Below the pieces are notes generated by a model. The model was given only the letters and a program-made list of their open reading frames with translations, was not told where the DNA came from and did not search any database. From Holophagales bacterium (GTDB lineage Bacteria; Acidobacteriota; Thermoanaerobaculia; Multivoradales; Multivoraceae): a DNA stretch of 64,000 bases. Location: NCBI GenBank assembly GCA_009837885.1, contig VXSP01000045.1, positions 325,526 through 389,525 on the forward strand, in the 5' to 3' direction. How positions within the stretch are numbered: the stretch's first letter is position 1; each line of letters opens with the position of its first letter. This document shows positions 9,527 through 18,772 of this stretch, piece by piece. Position numbers and translations under genes: made by a program.

Positions 9527-10117
9527 ATGGACTACGTGGCGGTCTTCGTGGATGCTGGCTACCTGTTCGCCCAGGGCTCGCAGGTCCTTACCGGCACGAA
9601 GCTCCAACGTGGCGAGATGCGGCTCAACGTGGACGGCGCGGTGCGGGCGCTGACAGACCTCGCCGTTCGGGCTTCTCGCGAACTTCGGCTCCTCAGGATC
9701 TACTGGTACGACGGCACCTCGGGGGAGCCATCTCACCAGCACCGCACCCTCGCCCGACACGCTCACATCAAGGTGAGACTCGGCATCGTGAACAGGCAGG
9801 GCCAGCAGAAGGGCGTGGACTCACTCTTGGTGACGGACATGATCACGCTGGCACGGAACCGGGCGATGGCAGAGTGCGTTCTGCTCTCCGGTGACGAGGA
9901 CGCGACCAGGTTCAGGACTTCGAGGCGCTCGGCATCGAAGAACAGGTTCTCGTACACGGAAACCAAGCCAGCCGCAACGACCCACTCGTCCTCAAGCGCC
10001 TGGAGCACCTCGCTTCGTTTCGTCAGGCGGTCGGCAGCCTCCTTGACCTCCTCCAGGAGCCCTTCCTCCAGGGTCTCGGTCTCCGGCGACGGGCCGTGGT
10101 CCGTCTCAGTCATTTAG
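9527..10117 (+). CDS. NYN-domain (LabA-like, PIN-like fold) protein; C-terminal about 70 aa atypical
   Basis: NYN-like motifs: MDYVAVFVDAGYL..., KGVDSLLVTDM, LLSGDEDA. After SGDED the frame turns S/R-rich and low-complexity with reduced GC3. The GGAG RBS and a hairpin lie just upstream. Confidence 0.55.
   Translation: MDYVAVFVDAGYLFAQGSQVLTGTKLQRGEMRLNVDGAVRALTDLAVRASRELRLLRIYWYDGTSGEPSHQHRTLARHAHIKVRLGIVNRQGQQKGVDSLLVTDMITLARNRAMAECVLLSGDEDATRFRTSRRSASKNRFSYTETKPAATTHSSSSAWSTSLRFVRRSAASLTSSRSPSSRVSVSGDGPWSVSVI
9763..10113 (-). CDS. Small acidic hypothetical ORF convergent with, and antisense to, the NYN gene 3' region
   Basis: ATG at 10113. The first about 70 codons have GC-rich third positions and a protein-like acidic composition (MTETDHGPSPETETLEEGLLEEVKEAADRLTK...). 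Codon quality drops towards the 3' end, so the true stop is uncertain. Confidence 0.25.
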   Translation of the reverse strand: MTETDHGPSPETETLEEGLLEEVKEAADRLTKRSEVLQALEDEWVVAAGLVSVYENLFFDAERLEVLNLVASSSPESRTHSAIARFRASVIMSVTKSESTPFCWPCLFTMPSLTLM

Positions 10118-10176
10118 CGGCAGAGAGCCTACCCTTCGAGGGTGCTCGCCCTGGCAGGTCGGACAGCTCTCGCGGC

Positions 10177-10425
10177 TTACTGCCGAAGTTGGGGCAGTGA
10201 GCCTTCGGCGCAGGCCTCGATCTGGAAGCGTCGGATCAACGCCTTGACGAAACGGCGCTGGACTTCACCGCGGCCCGACCGCTGCCGGCTGTGCTGGCCG
10301 CTCGGAAGAAAGGCGCTGCTGGCGTCGTAGGTGACGATCCAGTTGTGTTGACCGCGTTTGACGGTGTAACCGGGAGCGCAGACGTCCAGCATGGCGAAGA
10401 CGCTCCGAAGCTGAATCTGCGCCAC
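10177..10425 (-). CDS. hicA: HicA-family toxin (YcfA-like)
   Basis: G-x-H...FLPSGQH...GRGEVQRRFVKALI aligns with the HicA pattern (GSHxxx...PxH...KGTLxxILKQ). It sits 3 nt downstream of the HicB-like gene. Confidence 0.6.
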   Translation of the reverse strand: MAQIQLRSVFAMLDVCAPGYTVKRGQHNWIVTYDASSAFLPSGQHSRQRSGRGEVQRRFVKALIRRFQIEACAEGSLPQLRQ

Positions 10426-10428
10426 GAA

Positions 10429-10917
10429 TCAGGCGGCTTCGGGCAGTCCGGCGAGGACCAGTTCGGATGGCTTGGGGTTGTTGGCGGGTCCGGTCTCGAC
10501 GAACAACGTGACGCTATGGCGAAGGGCGGGATTCGGTCGCACCGGGAGTTCGGACTGGACCTGGCCGGCTGCGACCTTCTCTCGCGCCGCGTCGAACGCG
10601 TGAGCGGCCCATGCGTCCGTGTCCTTGAAGAACCTGGAGACCTTCCGCTCGAACACGTCGAAGTCGGGCGCGTCCGCCGCGATGTCGTACAGCGCGAGTT
10701 CCGTGTTCGCCTTCAGGTCGAGGTAGGCCTCGATCAGGGTGTCGCCCACGCCGGCGACGCCGCCCGGCTTCAGGCCGTGCGCGAGGAAGCCGTCCTCCTC
10801 TTCGGTGACCACGGCGCCCCCACGAAACTCGACTCCGGCGGCGAAGCCCGGGCCTTGTACGGGGATCTGCAATCGGAACACGATCGGGTAGACCGTGTCC
10901 GGCATGGGATCGATCAT
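10429..10917 (-). CDS. hicB: HicB-family antitoxin (N-terminal HicB/UPF0150 domain)
   Basis: N-terminal motif VTEEEDGFLAHGLKPGGVAGVGDTLIEAYLDLKANTELAL matches the HicB fold signature (eeDG.y.a..p.lpG....G.T.eEa). Confidence 0.6.
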   Translation of the reverse strand: MIDPMPDTVYPIVFRLQIPVQGPGFAAGVEFRGGAVVTEEEDGFLAHGLKPGGVAGVGDTLIEAYLDLKANTELALYDIAADAPDFDVFERKVSRFFKDTDAWAAHAFDAAREKVAAGQVQSELPVRPNPALRHSVTLFVETGPANNPKPSELVLAGLPEAA

Positions 10918-11081
10918 GTCGGTCTCCCTCTTCGACGTGGGAGGCGGGAAGGTTTGGATCAGCGGCTTGACCGGCCGGCAGCCGGGTGCTGGAAGGCGAT
11001 GAGTATACCGAGGAGTCCGAGCGGGATCACCGCTCCCGGCGCCAGGGTCGGCATGGCGCCTCCCACGTTGGCGGCTTTCGA

Positions 11082-13229
11082 CTACGGGGCCGCCGCGGCC
11101 TGCTCGTCCGCGAGCATGTTGCGGCGGTGGAGGACGTAGGCCTTGAGCAGGGCGACATCGTCGCGGTCGAGGACGGGGTCGAAGCTGGGCATGCCGACAT
11201 CGACGAGTGCGCCTTCAAGCAGCGCTGCTTCGTAGGAGTCGAAGACGCGCTGTGACGATTGCCGCAGGTCGGGCGTGACGCCGCCGGAGACCGCGCCGTA
11301 GCCGTGGCAGACGAGGCAGTACTGGTTGAACAGCCGGCGCCCGGCATCGATGTCCTCCGCCTCTGCGCCATGGTCCACGCGGGTGACCCGGATCTCGCGG
11401 CGCTCCTGCCGCTCGATCGGCCGGCCGGTGGCGCCGAGGGCGTAGACGACGATCCGGCCTTCGGACTCGACTGCCTGCCGGGCGGAGCGGCTGCCGACGA
11501 TGCCGAAGGCGCCGCCCCAGCCGGACATGACGGCGATGTGCTGGGTGCCGCCGGACTCGAAGGTGATCGGCGGCGCGATGACGCCGCTGCCGGTGTAGCT
11601 CTCCCAGAGCTTCTCGCCGTCATCGGCTCGATACGCGGTCAACTGGCCGAAAGGCGTACCCTGAAAGACGAGGTTGCCGGCCGTGGCAAGCACGCCGCCC
11701 GACCAGGGCATCGTGTACTGCGCCCGCCAGGCCTCCCGCTGGGCGACGGGATCCCAGGCCAGCAGGTGGCCCGAGAGCAGGGCCGGCGGCGCGTCCTCGG
11801 CCAGCATCTGGCCCGAGAGGCCGGTGGCGTCGACGATTGCCTGGGGGATGTCCTCGGGAGCCGCGGCGCGGACACCCAGGTTCCATTGTCCGGGGGTGTA
11901 CTGGTAGTTCGGGTCCGGAACGTAGAAGTTCCCCATCTCCATCGCCGGGATGTAGACGAGGCCGGTCTTCGGACTGAACGCCATCGGATGCCAGTTGTGG
12001 CCGCCGAGTGGGCCCGGCGAGACGTTCACGGTCTGGTCGGTGTAGCGCGCCCCGGCGAGTTCGACGGGCCGGCCGCTGGCCAGATCGACATGGCTGGCCC
12101 AGGTGACGGTGACGAACTCCTCGGCCGAGATCAGTTCGCCGGTGCGGCGGTCGAGGACGTAGAAGAAGCCGTTCTTCGGCGCCTGCATCAGGACCTGGCG
12201 GACGCGGCCGCCGATCGGTAACTCGGCGAGCATGATCGGCTGGGTGGCGGTGTAGTCCCAGGTGTCGCCGGGCGTGGTCTGGTAGTGCCAGACGTACTCG
12301 CCGGTGTCGGGCTTAAGCGCCACGATGGACGACAGGAACAGGTTGTCGCCGCCGCCGGGGCTGCGCAGGTTGCGGTCCCAGGGCGCGCCGTTGCCGACGC
12401 CGATGTAGAGCAGATCGAGTTCCGGGTCGTAGACGATCGAGTCCCAGACCGTGCCGCCGCCGCCGCCGGTCCACCACTCGCCGGTCCAGGTCTCGGCGGC
12501 CATCCGCATCGCCTCGTTCTCGAAGCCGTCGGCCGGGTCCCCCGGCACGGTGTAGAAGCGCCAGGCTCGCTCGCCGGTTTCCGCGTCGTAGGCGTCGACG
12601 TAGCCGCGCACGCCGTACTCGGCGCCGCTGTTGCCGATGATCACCTTGCCCTTGGCGATCCGGGGCGCGCCGGTGATCGTGTACATCGAGTCCTCGGGCA
12701 CGGTCATCGTCGACCAGGCGAGTTCTCCGGTCTCGGCGTCGATGGCGATCAGCCGTCCGTCGAGCGTGGCGGAGATCACCTTGCCGCGGTAGAGGGCGGC
12801 GCCGCGGTTCACCGCGTCGCAGCAGGTCTTGTTCGCGATCGAACGCGGAACCTCCGGGTCGTAGGTCCACAGCGGTTCGCCAGTCACCGCGTCGAGGGCG
12901 TAGATGACGTTCCAGGCGCCGGTCGCGTACATCACGCCGTCGACGATCAGGGGCGTGGCCTCGAGACCCCGCTTCGTGTTCGTCTCCTGGACCCAGGCGA
13001 TGCCGAGCTGATCCACGTTGCCATCGTTGATCTGGTCCAGCACGCTGTAGCGCTGCTCCTTGTAGGTGCCGCCGTAGGTCAGCCAGTCGGCGGTGCGGCC
13101 GGCGGCGCCGACCAGCGCGGCGTCGTCGACTCCGTATGCGGCCTCGGCCCGCCGCGGCGGCGGTTGGGAGGCCGCGGCAGTGGCCAGCAGGAGCGCCACG
13201 AGCGTGGCGATCGGAGTGTGGATCTTCAT
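11082..13229 (-). CDS. PQQ-dependent quinohemoprotein alcohol dehydrogenase (type II ADH: PQQ propeller + C-terminal cytochrome c)
   Basis: - ATG at 13229 with a GAGGAA RBS, followed by a signal peptide.
- PQQ-ADH blocks including the vicinal CC pair (ANKTCCDAVNRG).
- C-terminal CxxCH (CLVCHGYG).
- Its start overlaps the stop of the upstream gene as ATGA.
- The 1062-aa track ORF is a spurious N-terminal extension. Confidence 0.85.
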   Translation of the reverse strand: MKIHTPIATLVALLLATAAASQPPPRRAEAAYGVDDAALVGAAGRTADWLTYGGTYKEQRYSVLDQINDGNVDQLGIAWVQETNTKRGLEATPLIVDGVMYATGAWNVIYALDAVTGEPLWTYDPEVPRSIANKTCCDAVNRGAALYRGKVISATLDGRLIAIDAETGELAWSTMTVPEDSMYTITGAPRIAKGKVIIGNSGAEYGVRGYVDAYDAETGERAWRFYTVPGDPADGFENEAMRMAAETWTGEWWTGGGGGTVWDSIVYDPELDLLYIGVGNGAPWDRNLRSPGGGDNLFLSSIVALKPDTGEYVWHYQTTPGDTWDYTATQPIMLAELPIGGRVRQVLMQAPKNGFFYVLDRRTGELISAEEFVTVTWASHVDLASGRPVELAGARYTDQTVNVSPGPLGGHNWHPMAFSPKTGLVYIPAMEMGNFYVPDPNYQYTPGQWNLGVRAAAPEDIPQAIVDATGLSGQMLAEDAPPALLSGHLLAWDPVAQREAWRAQYTMPWSGGVLATAGNLVFQGTPFGQLTAYRADDGEKLWESYTGSGVIAPPITFESGGTQHIAVMSGWGGAFGIVGSRSARQAVESEGRIVVYALGATGRPIERQERREIRVTRVDHGAEAEDIDAGRRLFNQYCLVCHGYGAVSGGVTPDLRQSSQRVFDSYEAALLEGALVDVGMPSFDPVLDRDDVALLKAYVLHRRNMLADEQAAAAP

Positions 13230-15217
13230 GACTTCGGTTCCTCTAAGGCTGCAGGCAGGGCAAGCGCGACGAGTTCGGGGGGCGTGCCGCCGCCGCCGAT
13301 GCCGAAGCGGCCGCCGCCGGTGGCGACGGCCAGGTACTGCCGGCCGTCGTGTTCGTAGATGATGGGGTTCGAGTTCGGGGTGCCCGGTAACTCGATTCCA
13401 CCGAGGTACTCGCCGGTCTTCTTGTCGTAGACGCTGATCTCCGGCGGCACGTCGGGTTCGTCGGCCTCGGGATCGGCGGTGCGTTCCGGGGCGGCCGTGA
13501 CGAAGAGCAGGGTGGGCGTGACCAGGGGAGCCGCGGTGTGATTGGCGACCCCGAGCCGTCCGAGTTCGAGGTCGGCGATGGCTGGATGGTTCACCGGACC
13601 GACGCCGTGCGGGACCATCCACAGGTGCTCGCCGGTGTTCAGATCGATCGCCGTGATTCGCCCGTATGGTGGCTTGACCAGGGGCAATCCACGGGGTCCC
13701 TCGACGGTCCGGTACCAACGATCCGGCACGAAGTTCAGGTCGGAGCGGTTCGGATCGGGCCTGGTCAGGGAGACGCTGGCCGAACGGGTGTGGGAGACGA
13801 CGTAGAGGATTCCGGTTTCGGGATCGACCGCGGCGCCGGTCCAGTTCGCGCCGCCGCCGTCGGCCGGCAACTGGATCGTCGGCTTTCCCGCCTCCTCGAA
13901 GCGCGGCGGCGTATAGAGCGGCACCAGGTCGTAGTCGGCTGCGATCTCGATCGCCTCGGCGCGGAGTTCGGGAGTCCAGTCGATCAGGTCGTCTTCGGTG
14001 ATGCCCTGGCGATCGAAGGCGGCCGGCCGGGTGGGGAAGGGCTGGGTTGGCGCGGCACGCTCGCCCGGCACGTCGCTTGGCGGCACCTCGCGTTCCTCGA
14101 TCTCCCACACCGGCTTGCCGGTCACACGGTCGAAGACGAAGGCGAAGGCCTGCTTGGTGACCTGGACCACGCCGCGCACCCGCTCGCCCTCCACCGTCGC
14201 CTCGAACAGGTTGGGGGCGGTCGGCGGGTCGTAGTCCCAGAGGCCGTGGTGGACGAACTGGTAGTGCCACTGGCGCTGGCCCGTTTCGCAGTCGACCGCG
14301 ACGATGCTCTCGGCGTAGAGGTTGTCACCGAGCCGGTGGCCGCCGTAGAGATCGTTGGTCGGCGTGCCGACCGGCAGATAGGCGGTGCCGGTCTCCTCGT
14401 CGACCGCGATCATGGACCAGACGTTCGTGTTACCGCTGTAGCGCCACGACTCGTCCTCCCAGGTTTCGACGCCGAGTTCGTCGTTCTGCGGGATGGTGTG
14501 GAAGACCCAGGCGAGATCGCCGGTCGGGATGTCATAGGCGCGCACGAACCCGGGCGGCGCTTCCTTGTGGGTGGCGAAGTCCGCCACGATCGAGCCAACG
14601 ATCACGGTGTTGCCGCAGACTGCCGGCGGCGAACTGTGCGTCGTCAGGCGCTCCATCACCTCGCGACCCAGGTGCGGCGTCATCTCGACCGCGCCGCCGT
14701 TGCCGAAGTCCGGATCAGGCTCTCCGGTTGCGGCGTCCAGGGAGATCAGCCGCCGGTCGTGGGTGGGGATCAGCACCCGCTCCTGCTGGCCGTCCGTCCA
14801 CCAGGCGACTCCGCGGTGGTGGAAGCCGAGGTTGGCCGGCCGGCCGGCGCGCCAGCTTTCCGGGTCGTAGGCCCAGAGCGTCTCGCCCGTCCCGGCGTCG
14901 ATCGCGGCGACCTGGCTGAGCGAGGTAGCGACGAAGATCCGGCCGCCGACCTCGAGCGGAATCGCCTTGAACTGGCCTCGTCGCACGCTGCTCGGGACTT
15001 CGGTGTCCGCGGCGATCGAGCGCCAGCGCCAGACGACCTCCACGTCCTGGAAGTTGGAGCGGTCGATCTCGTCGAGCGTCGAGTACTTGCTGTTGCCGGG
15101 ATCGCCACCGAAAGCCGGCCAGTCGCCGGAGGTTCCGGCCTGGGCCGTGAGCGGCGAACTCGCGAGTGAGCTGGCGAGCGCCGCGAGAGCGACGGCGAGG
15201 CTGGAATGGGTACTCAG
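13226..15217 (-). CDS. PQQ-dependent dehydrogenase (8-bladed propeller family, periplasmic)
   Basis: Signal-peptide-like segment (STHSSLAVALAALASSLASSPLTAQA) followed by PQQ propeller W-motif repeats. There is no ATG/GTG/TTG in frame near the N-terminus. The only candidate start is CTG at 15217, overlapping the upstream stop as CTGA. Confidence 0.75.
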   Translation of the reverse strand: MSTHSSLAVALAALASSLASSPLTAQAGTSGDWPAFGGDPGNSKYSTLDEIDRSNFQDVEVVWRWRSIAADTEVPSSVRRGQFKAIPLEVGGRIFVATSLSQVAAIDAGTGETLWAYDPESWRAGRPANLGFHHRGVAWWTDGQQERVLIPTHDRRLISLDAATGEPDPDFGNGGAVEMTPHLGREVMERLTTHSSPPAVCGNTVIVGSIVADFATHKEAPPGFVRAYDIPTGDLAWVFHTIPQNDELGVETWEDESWRYSGNTNVWSMIAVDEETGTAYLPVGTPTNDLYGGHRLGDNLYAESIVAVDCETGQRQWHYQFVHHGLWDYDPPTAPNLFEATVEGERVRGVVQVTKQAFAFVFDRVTGKPVWEIEEREVPPSDVPGERAAPTQPFPTRPAAFDRQGITEDDLIDWTPELRAEAIEIAADYDLVPLYTPPRFEEAGKPTIQLPADGGGANWTGAAVDPETGILYVVSHTRSASVSLTRPDPNRSDLNFVPDRWYRTVEGPRGLPLVKPPYGRITAIDLNTGEHLWMVPHGVGPVNHPAIADLELGRLGVANHTAAPLVTPTLLFVTAAPERTADPEADEPDVPPEISVYDKKTGEYLGGIELPGTPNSNPIIYEHDGRQYLAVATGGGRFGIGGGGTPPELVALALPAALEEPKS

Positions 15218-15687
15218 GACAGCAGCCCGATCAGGCGGGCGTAGACCGAAACGCTGGTCCAGATGCCGATCGAGAGAAAGCCGACCACCTTGGGCCAGTG
15301 TCCGAGCGTTCCTTCCTCGGCGAAGGCGACCCGGCGGCGGATCGTGAAGTTGAAGAGCAGCCCGATGACGATGATCTGAATCTTCCACCAGAAGAACGGG
15401 CTGTAGTACTGCTTGAGCGCCGTGGACAGGACCTGGGGCGCGCCGGTCACGAACAGGGCGACGAAGCTCCAGATCATCCACCGGTCCATCTCTCGGGCGA
15501 GCTGGTTGAGAGGCGTCTTGATCAGGCCGCGTCCAAGCAGGCGCATGTCGACGACCAGGACGGCGCCGGCGAAGCCGACCAGCGCCACCAGGTGAGCGCA
15601 CTGGATGATCGGCGACGCCCAGGTCTCCTCCAGCATCCAGGCGCTGAAGGGCAGGCCCTGCATCCACTCGAAGAAGGACTGCAACAT
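15214..15687 (-). CDS. 4-TM membrane protein; paralog of the next gene
   Basis: Four hydrophobic helices. Shares an N-terminal block with 15712..16236 (M.S.FEW...LP.S, conserved His in TM1, DMRL.G..L.K.P). Confidence 0.6.
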   Translation of the reverse strand: MLQSFFEWMQGLPFSAWMLEETWASPIIQCAHLVALVGFAGAVLVVDMRLLGRGLIKTPLNQLAREMDRWMIWSFVALFVTGAPQVLSTALKQYYSPFFWWKIQIIVIGLLFNFTIRRRVAFAEEGTLGHWPKVVGFLSIGIWTSVSVYARLIGLLS

Positions 15688-15711
15688 GTGGACGTTTCCT
15701 CCGCGGCCTCT

Positions 15712-16236
15712 TCAGGCGCCGATGTTCAGGTTGTTCCACCAGCCGGGCATCAGGCCGCTGTAGGCCATCATCCGTCCGGTGACCACGACCGCCGCCCACA
15801 ACACGAGGGACACGACCCCGGCGAGTCGGGCGTTCAGCGGAATCTCGCGGCCCTGGTCCCACGCCTGGACCGACTTGTAGGTCGCGTAGTGGAACCAGAA
15901 CATGTTGATGCCGGCGACAAGCATCAGCGCCATCTTGGCCCAGAAGTAGAAGTTGCCGTAGTACCGCATCGGCTGGCTGTAAAGCAGCAATGCCCCGGTG
16001 ATCAGGTTGATGCCGTAGCCGGTCAGCGCCCACGGGAAGAGGCGGGTCGGGATGTTCGATACCGGCACCTTCTTGAGCGTGAACCCGATCAGGCGCATGT
16101 CCCAGTACGCGATCAACCCGGCGAACAGGCACATGCTGACGACGTGGATCGTCAGCATGGTCGGGTAGGCGTTCAGCGACTCCCGCAGCGCGATGCTGCT
16201 GGGAAGCGCATCGACCCACTCGAAGAGGCTACGCAT
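15712..16236 (-). CDS. 4-TM membrane protein; paralog of the previous gene
   Basis: Same architecture and N-terminal block as 15214..15687. Lies in the same operon. Confidence 0.6.
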   Translation of the reverse strand: MRSLFEWVDALPSSIALRESLNAYPTMLTIHVVSMCLFAGLIAYWDMRLIGFTLKKVPVSNIPTRLFPWALTGYGINLITGALLLYSQPMRYYGNFYFWAKMALMLVAGINMFWFHYATYKSVQAWDQGREIPLNARLAGVVSLVLWAAVVVTGRMMAYSGLMPGWWNNLNIGA

Positions 16237-16292
16237 GAGCTATGTAGGGGAGGGTTCAGCGGCTCCCGGCCTGCGCCGGGGCGAATGCGGGC

Positions 16293-16822
16293 TCAGTCGT
16301 CGCAGCGGTCCTGGTACTTGCGGTAGACGAAGTGGCAGTCCTCGCAGGCGCCGGCAAGCTCGTTGGTGAGGTCGCTGACCTTGTCGCGGTCCTTCTCGTG
16401 GGCGGCGGTGTAGATCTTCTTGGCGACCTCGGTGAGCTTGCGCGCATACTCCTGATAGTCGTCTTTCTGGACCGGCGCCGGCTTGCCGTTCTCGCACATC
16501 CGGTCCGGGTTCAGGATCTGCGGTTCGACCTCGGCCAGGGCAAGCGCCGCCTGCTGGGGAACCTGCCAACCCGTGTAGATACTGGCGAAGCGGGCCGAAG
16601 CGGAACCGTCGCCGCTGTCGGACGCTTCGGGCGGCGCCTCCGGATCGTAGGACTGGACATCGAACAGGTGGTTCGAGTTCGGGAACAGGATGGCGCGCAT
16701 CAGTTCGGCCAGGTTGCCTACCGGCTCCTCGTGCTCGGAGGCTGCGACGGACGGCGCCACAATCGCCATACACGCTGCGAGGGCCACCGCGGCGGTGAGA
16801 ATCGGCGCGAGTCTGGTCAGGC
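16293..16822 (-). CDS. Class II cytochrome c (cytochrome c-prime-like), secreted
   Basis: ATG at 16822 with an AAGGAG RBS, followed by a signal peptide. A single CxxCH (CEDCH) lies about 15 aa from the C-terminus, as in class II cytochromes c. Confidence 0.6.
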
Positions 16823-16965
16823 GCATTGTGCGGTTCTCCTTCCCCCGGAACAAGGGGATTGACGTTGGTTTCGGTTGGCTGGCGGAATCGCGAGCCGGGA
16901 GTGTAACTCAGAAACGGAGGCCTTCACGGGGGAAGCGGGTGCCGCCCGCGACGGCCTGGAGCTGC

Positions 16966-17466
16966 TCAGTCGTCGGACTCTTCTCCGGACGAACCCGTGA
17001 CGGGTTCAGCCATCGTTGTCGTCGCGATCAGCCACTGCATGTCGAGCCCCGCGGTGCGGTGGACCGAGTACTCGGCGACGCGCGGGTCGCCGATGATGCG
17101 GAGGAACTCGGCCCGCGAGGGGTACTCCATCAGGGCGATCGCGTGGAAGTACTCGTCCGTGTCGCCGATCACCATCGAATCGACCCGGCCGGACCAGATC
17201 AGACGGGCGCCCTGAGAGGTGACCCACTGGACCATCTGGGCGCCATACCTGCCGTACGCCTCCTCGCCCGTGAGGCCCTCGTCGGGGGCGTCGGCCTCCT
17301 TCTTGAAGCGCAGCAGGTTGACCATGACGACCGGCTCCTCGGCCGGGCCTTCCATGAGTTCCTGGATCTGTTCGGGTTCGGGTGCGATCTGGGCCATGGC
17401 GCCTCCAGCGGCCAGCAAGGCCACGGAAAAGGTGATGAAGGTAGCGGCGGAAAGGGGGCGGATCAT
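16966..17466 (-). CDS. DUF1330 domain protein (secreted)
   Basis: ATG at 17466, signal peptide, then a DUF1330-like core (VVMVNLLRFK...YFHAIALMEYPSRAEFL). Confidence 0.65.
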   Translation of the reverse strand: MIRPLSAATFITFSVALLAAGGAMAQIAPEPEQIQELMEGPAEEPVVMVNLLRFKKEADAPDEGLTGEEAYGRYGAQMVQWVTSQGARLIWSGRVDSMVIGDTDEYFHAIALMEYPSRAEFLRIIGDPRVAEYSVHRTAGLDMQWLIATTTMAEPVTGSSGEESDD

Positions 17467-17489
17467 GACAGGCTCCTTTCGAGTGGACG

Positions 17490-18748
17490 TCAGGCGGGCG
17501 AGCGAACCGCCATCGGTTGGAACTTCATGTAGGTGAGGGAACGCCACAGCCACTCCAGCGGTCCGAAGCGGAAGCGGGCCAGCCACCACGGCGACCAGAT
17601 CAGTTGCGCTGCCCAGATCGCGACGACGATGCCGAACTGGCCGAGGCGGCCGACCTGCTCGAACTGGCCGAGGCCGTGGCCGTAGAAGATAAGCGTGCAG
17701 ATGACGCTCTGGCTGATGTAGTTCGACAGCGCCATCCGGCCGGCCGCCTGGAGCCGGTGCTGCAAGCCGGGCAGCCAGCCGCGCAGAACGGCCAGCATGA
17801 CGAGCGCGACGTAGCCAAGAAAGACGATCGTGGCTCCAACGAGGTTGAAGACCATCCCCTGGAACATGGAGTGCTCGAAGGCGAAGCCGTGCCGTGTGTT
17901 GAACACCGCGCCGAGGATGACGATCGGCAGGCCGACGCCGAAGCTCGCGGCCAGAAGGCGCCGGTAGAAGGTTGGCGAGCGGCGGGCGGAAAACACACCG
18001 AGCTTGTAGAGGCCCATGCCCACGAGCATCAGGCCGCCGCTGCGCCAGAAGAACAGCACGAGGAAGACGAAGGTCTCCGCGCCCAGGGCCGTGGCGCTCC
18101 GGTGCGGAAGCTGGGTGAGCCAGCTCCCCCGATAGGTGGCGATCTCGGCCTCGATGGCGGCCGCCGCCGGCGCCCAGTCGCCGGCGAACTGGGCTTGGGC
18201 TTCGGCCGGCATGGACGGTAATGCCGTGCCGGTCAGCAGAAAGAACCCCGCCGGCACGACCGTCATCGCGAAGCCGCCGATCAGCAGCTTCTTCGGGCTC
18301 AGGTTGCGCAGGCTGTAGAGCAGGAAGCCGCACAGGGCATAGGGGACCAGGATGTCGCCGTACCAGATCAGGTGGGCGTGGGCGAGGCCGATGAGCAGCA
18401 GCCAGAACTGCCGGCGGTAGTGAACGCCCGTCGCCGAGCCTCCTCGGGCGGCGGCCCGCTCGGCCATCAGCGCCATTCCGGCGCCGAACAGGGCGGAGAA
18501 GATGGAGATGAACTTCATGTCGAAGAACACGTGCGCGACGAGCCAGGCCCAGTAGCCGGCGCCGACGCCCCAGTCGTTGGCGGCCGGGTTCAGATACGCC
18601 GCTTCGATCATCGAGTAGCTCTGCACGTTCATCGCCAGGATGCCGAGCACGGCGAAGCCGCGCAGGACATCGAGCGCCGCGATGCGCTCGCCGGAGCGGA
18701 CGGGCACCGCCCTGGGCGGGGCGGCGGATTCGGTGGGTGAGTCGGCGG
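17490..18748 (-). CDS. DUF418/DUF1624 family (YeiB-like) membrane protein
   Basis: Motif RIAALDVLRGFAVLGILAMN and a multi-TM profile. The GTG at 18748 is the first plausible start. The upstream part of the track ORF is Arg-rich junk. Confidence 0.7.
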
Positions 18749-18772
18749 TCGTCACGGGGCTCGGCTCTTGCG

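Noticed and set aside
13230-14270. Upstream 347 aa of the 1062-aa ORF 11082..14270
   Set aside because: Extreme Arg/Pro/Gly composition. The real PQQ-ADH starts at ATG 13229 with RBS and signal peptide. The region is occupied by the genuine PQQ dehydrogenase gene in another frame.
15218-16219. Upstream part of the 997-aa ORF 13226..16219
   Set aside because: Junk composition (RRRPGRRH...). This span is occupied by the two 4-TM genes in other frames. The real protein begins at the signal peptide near 15217.
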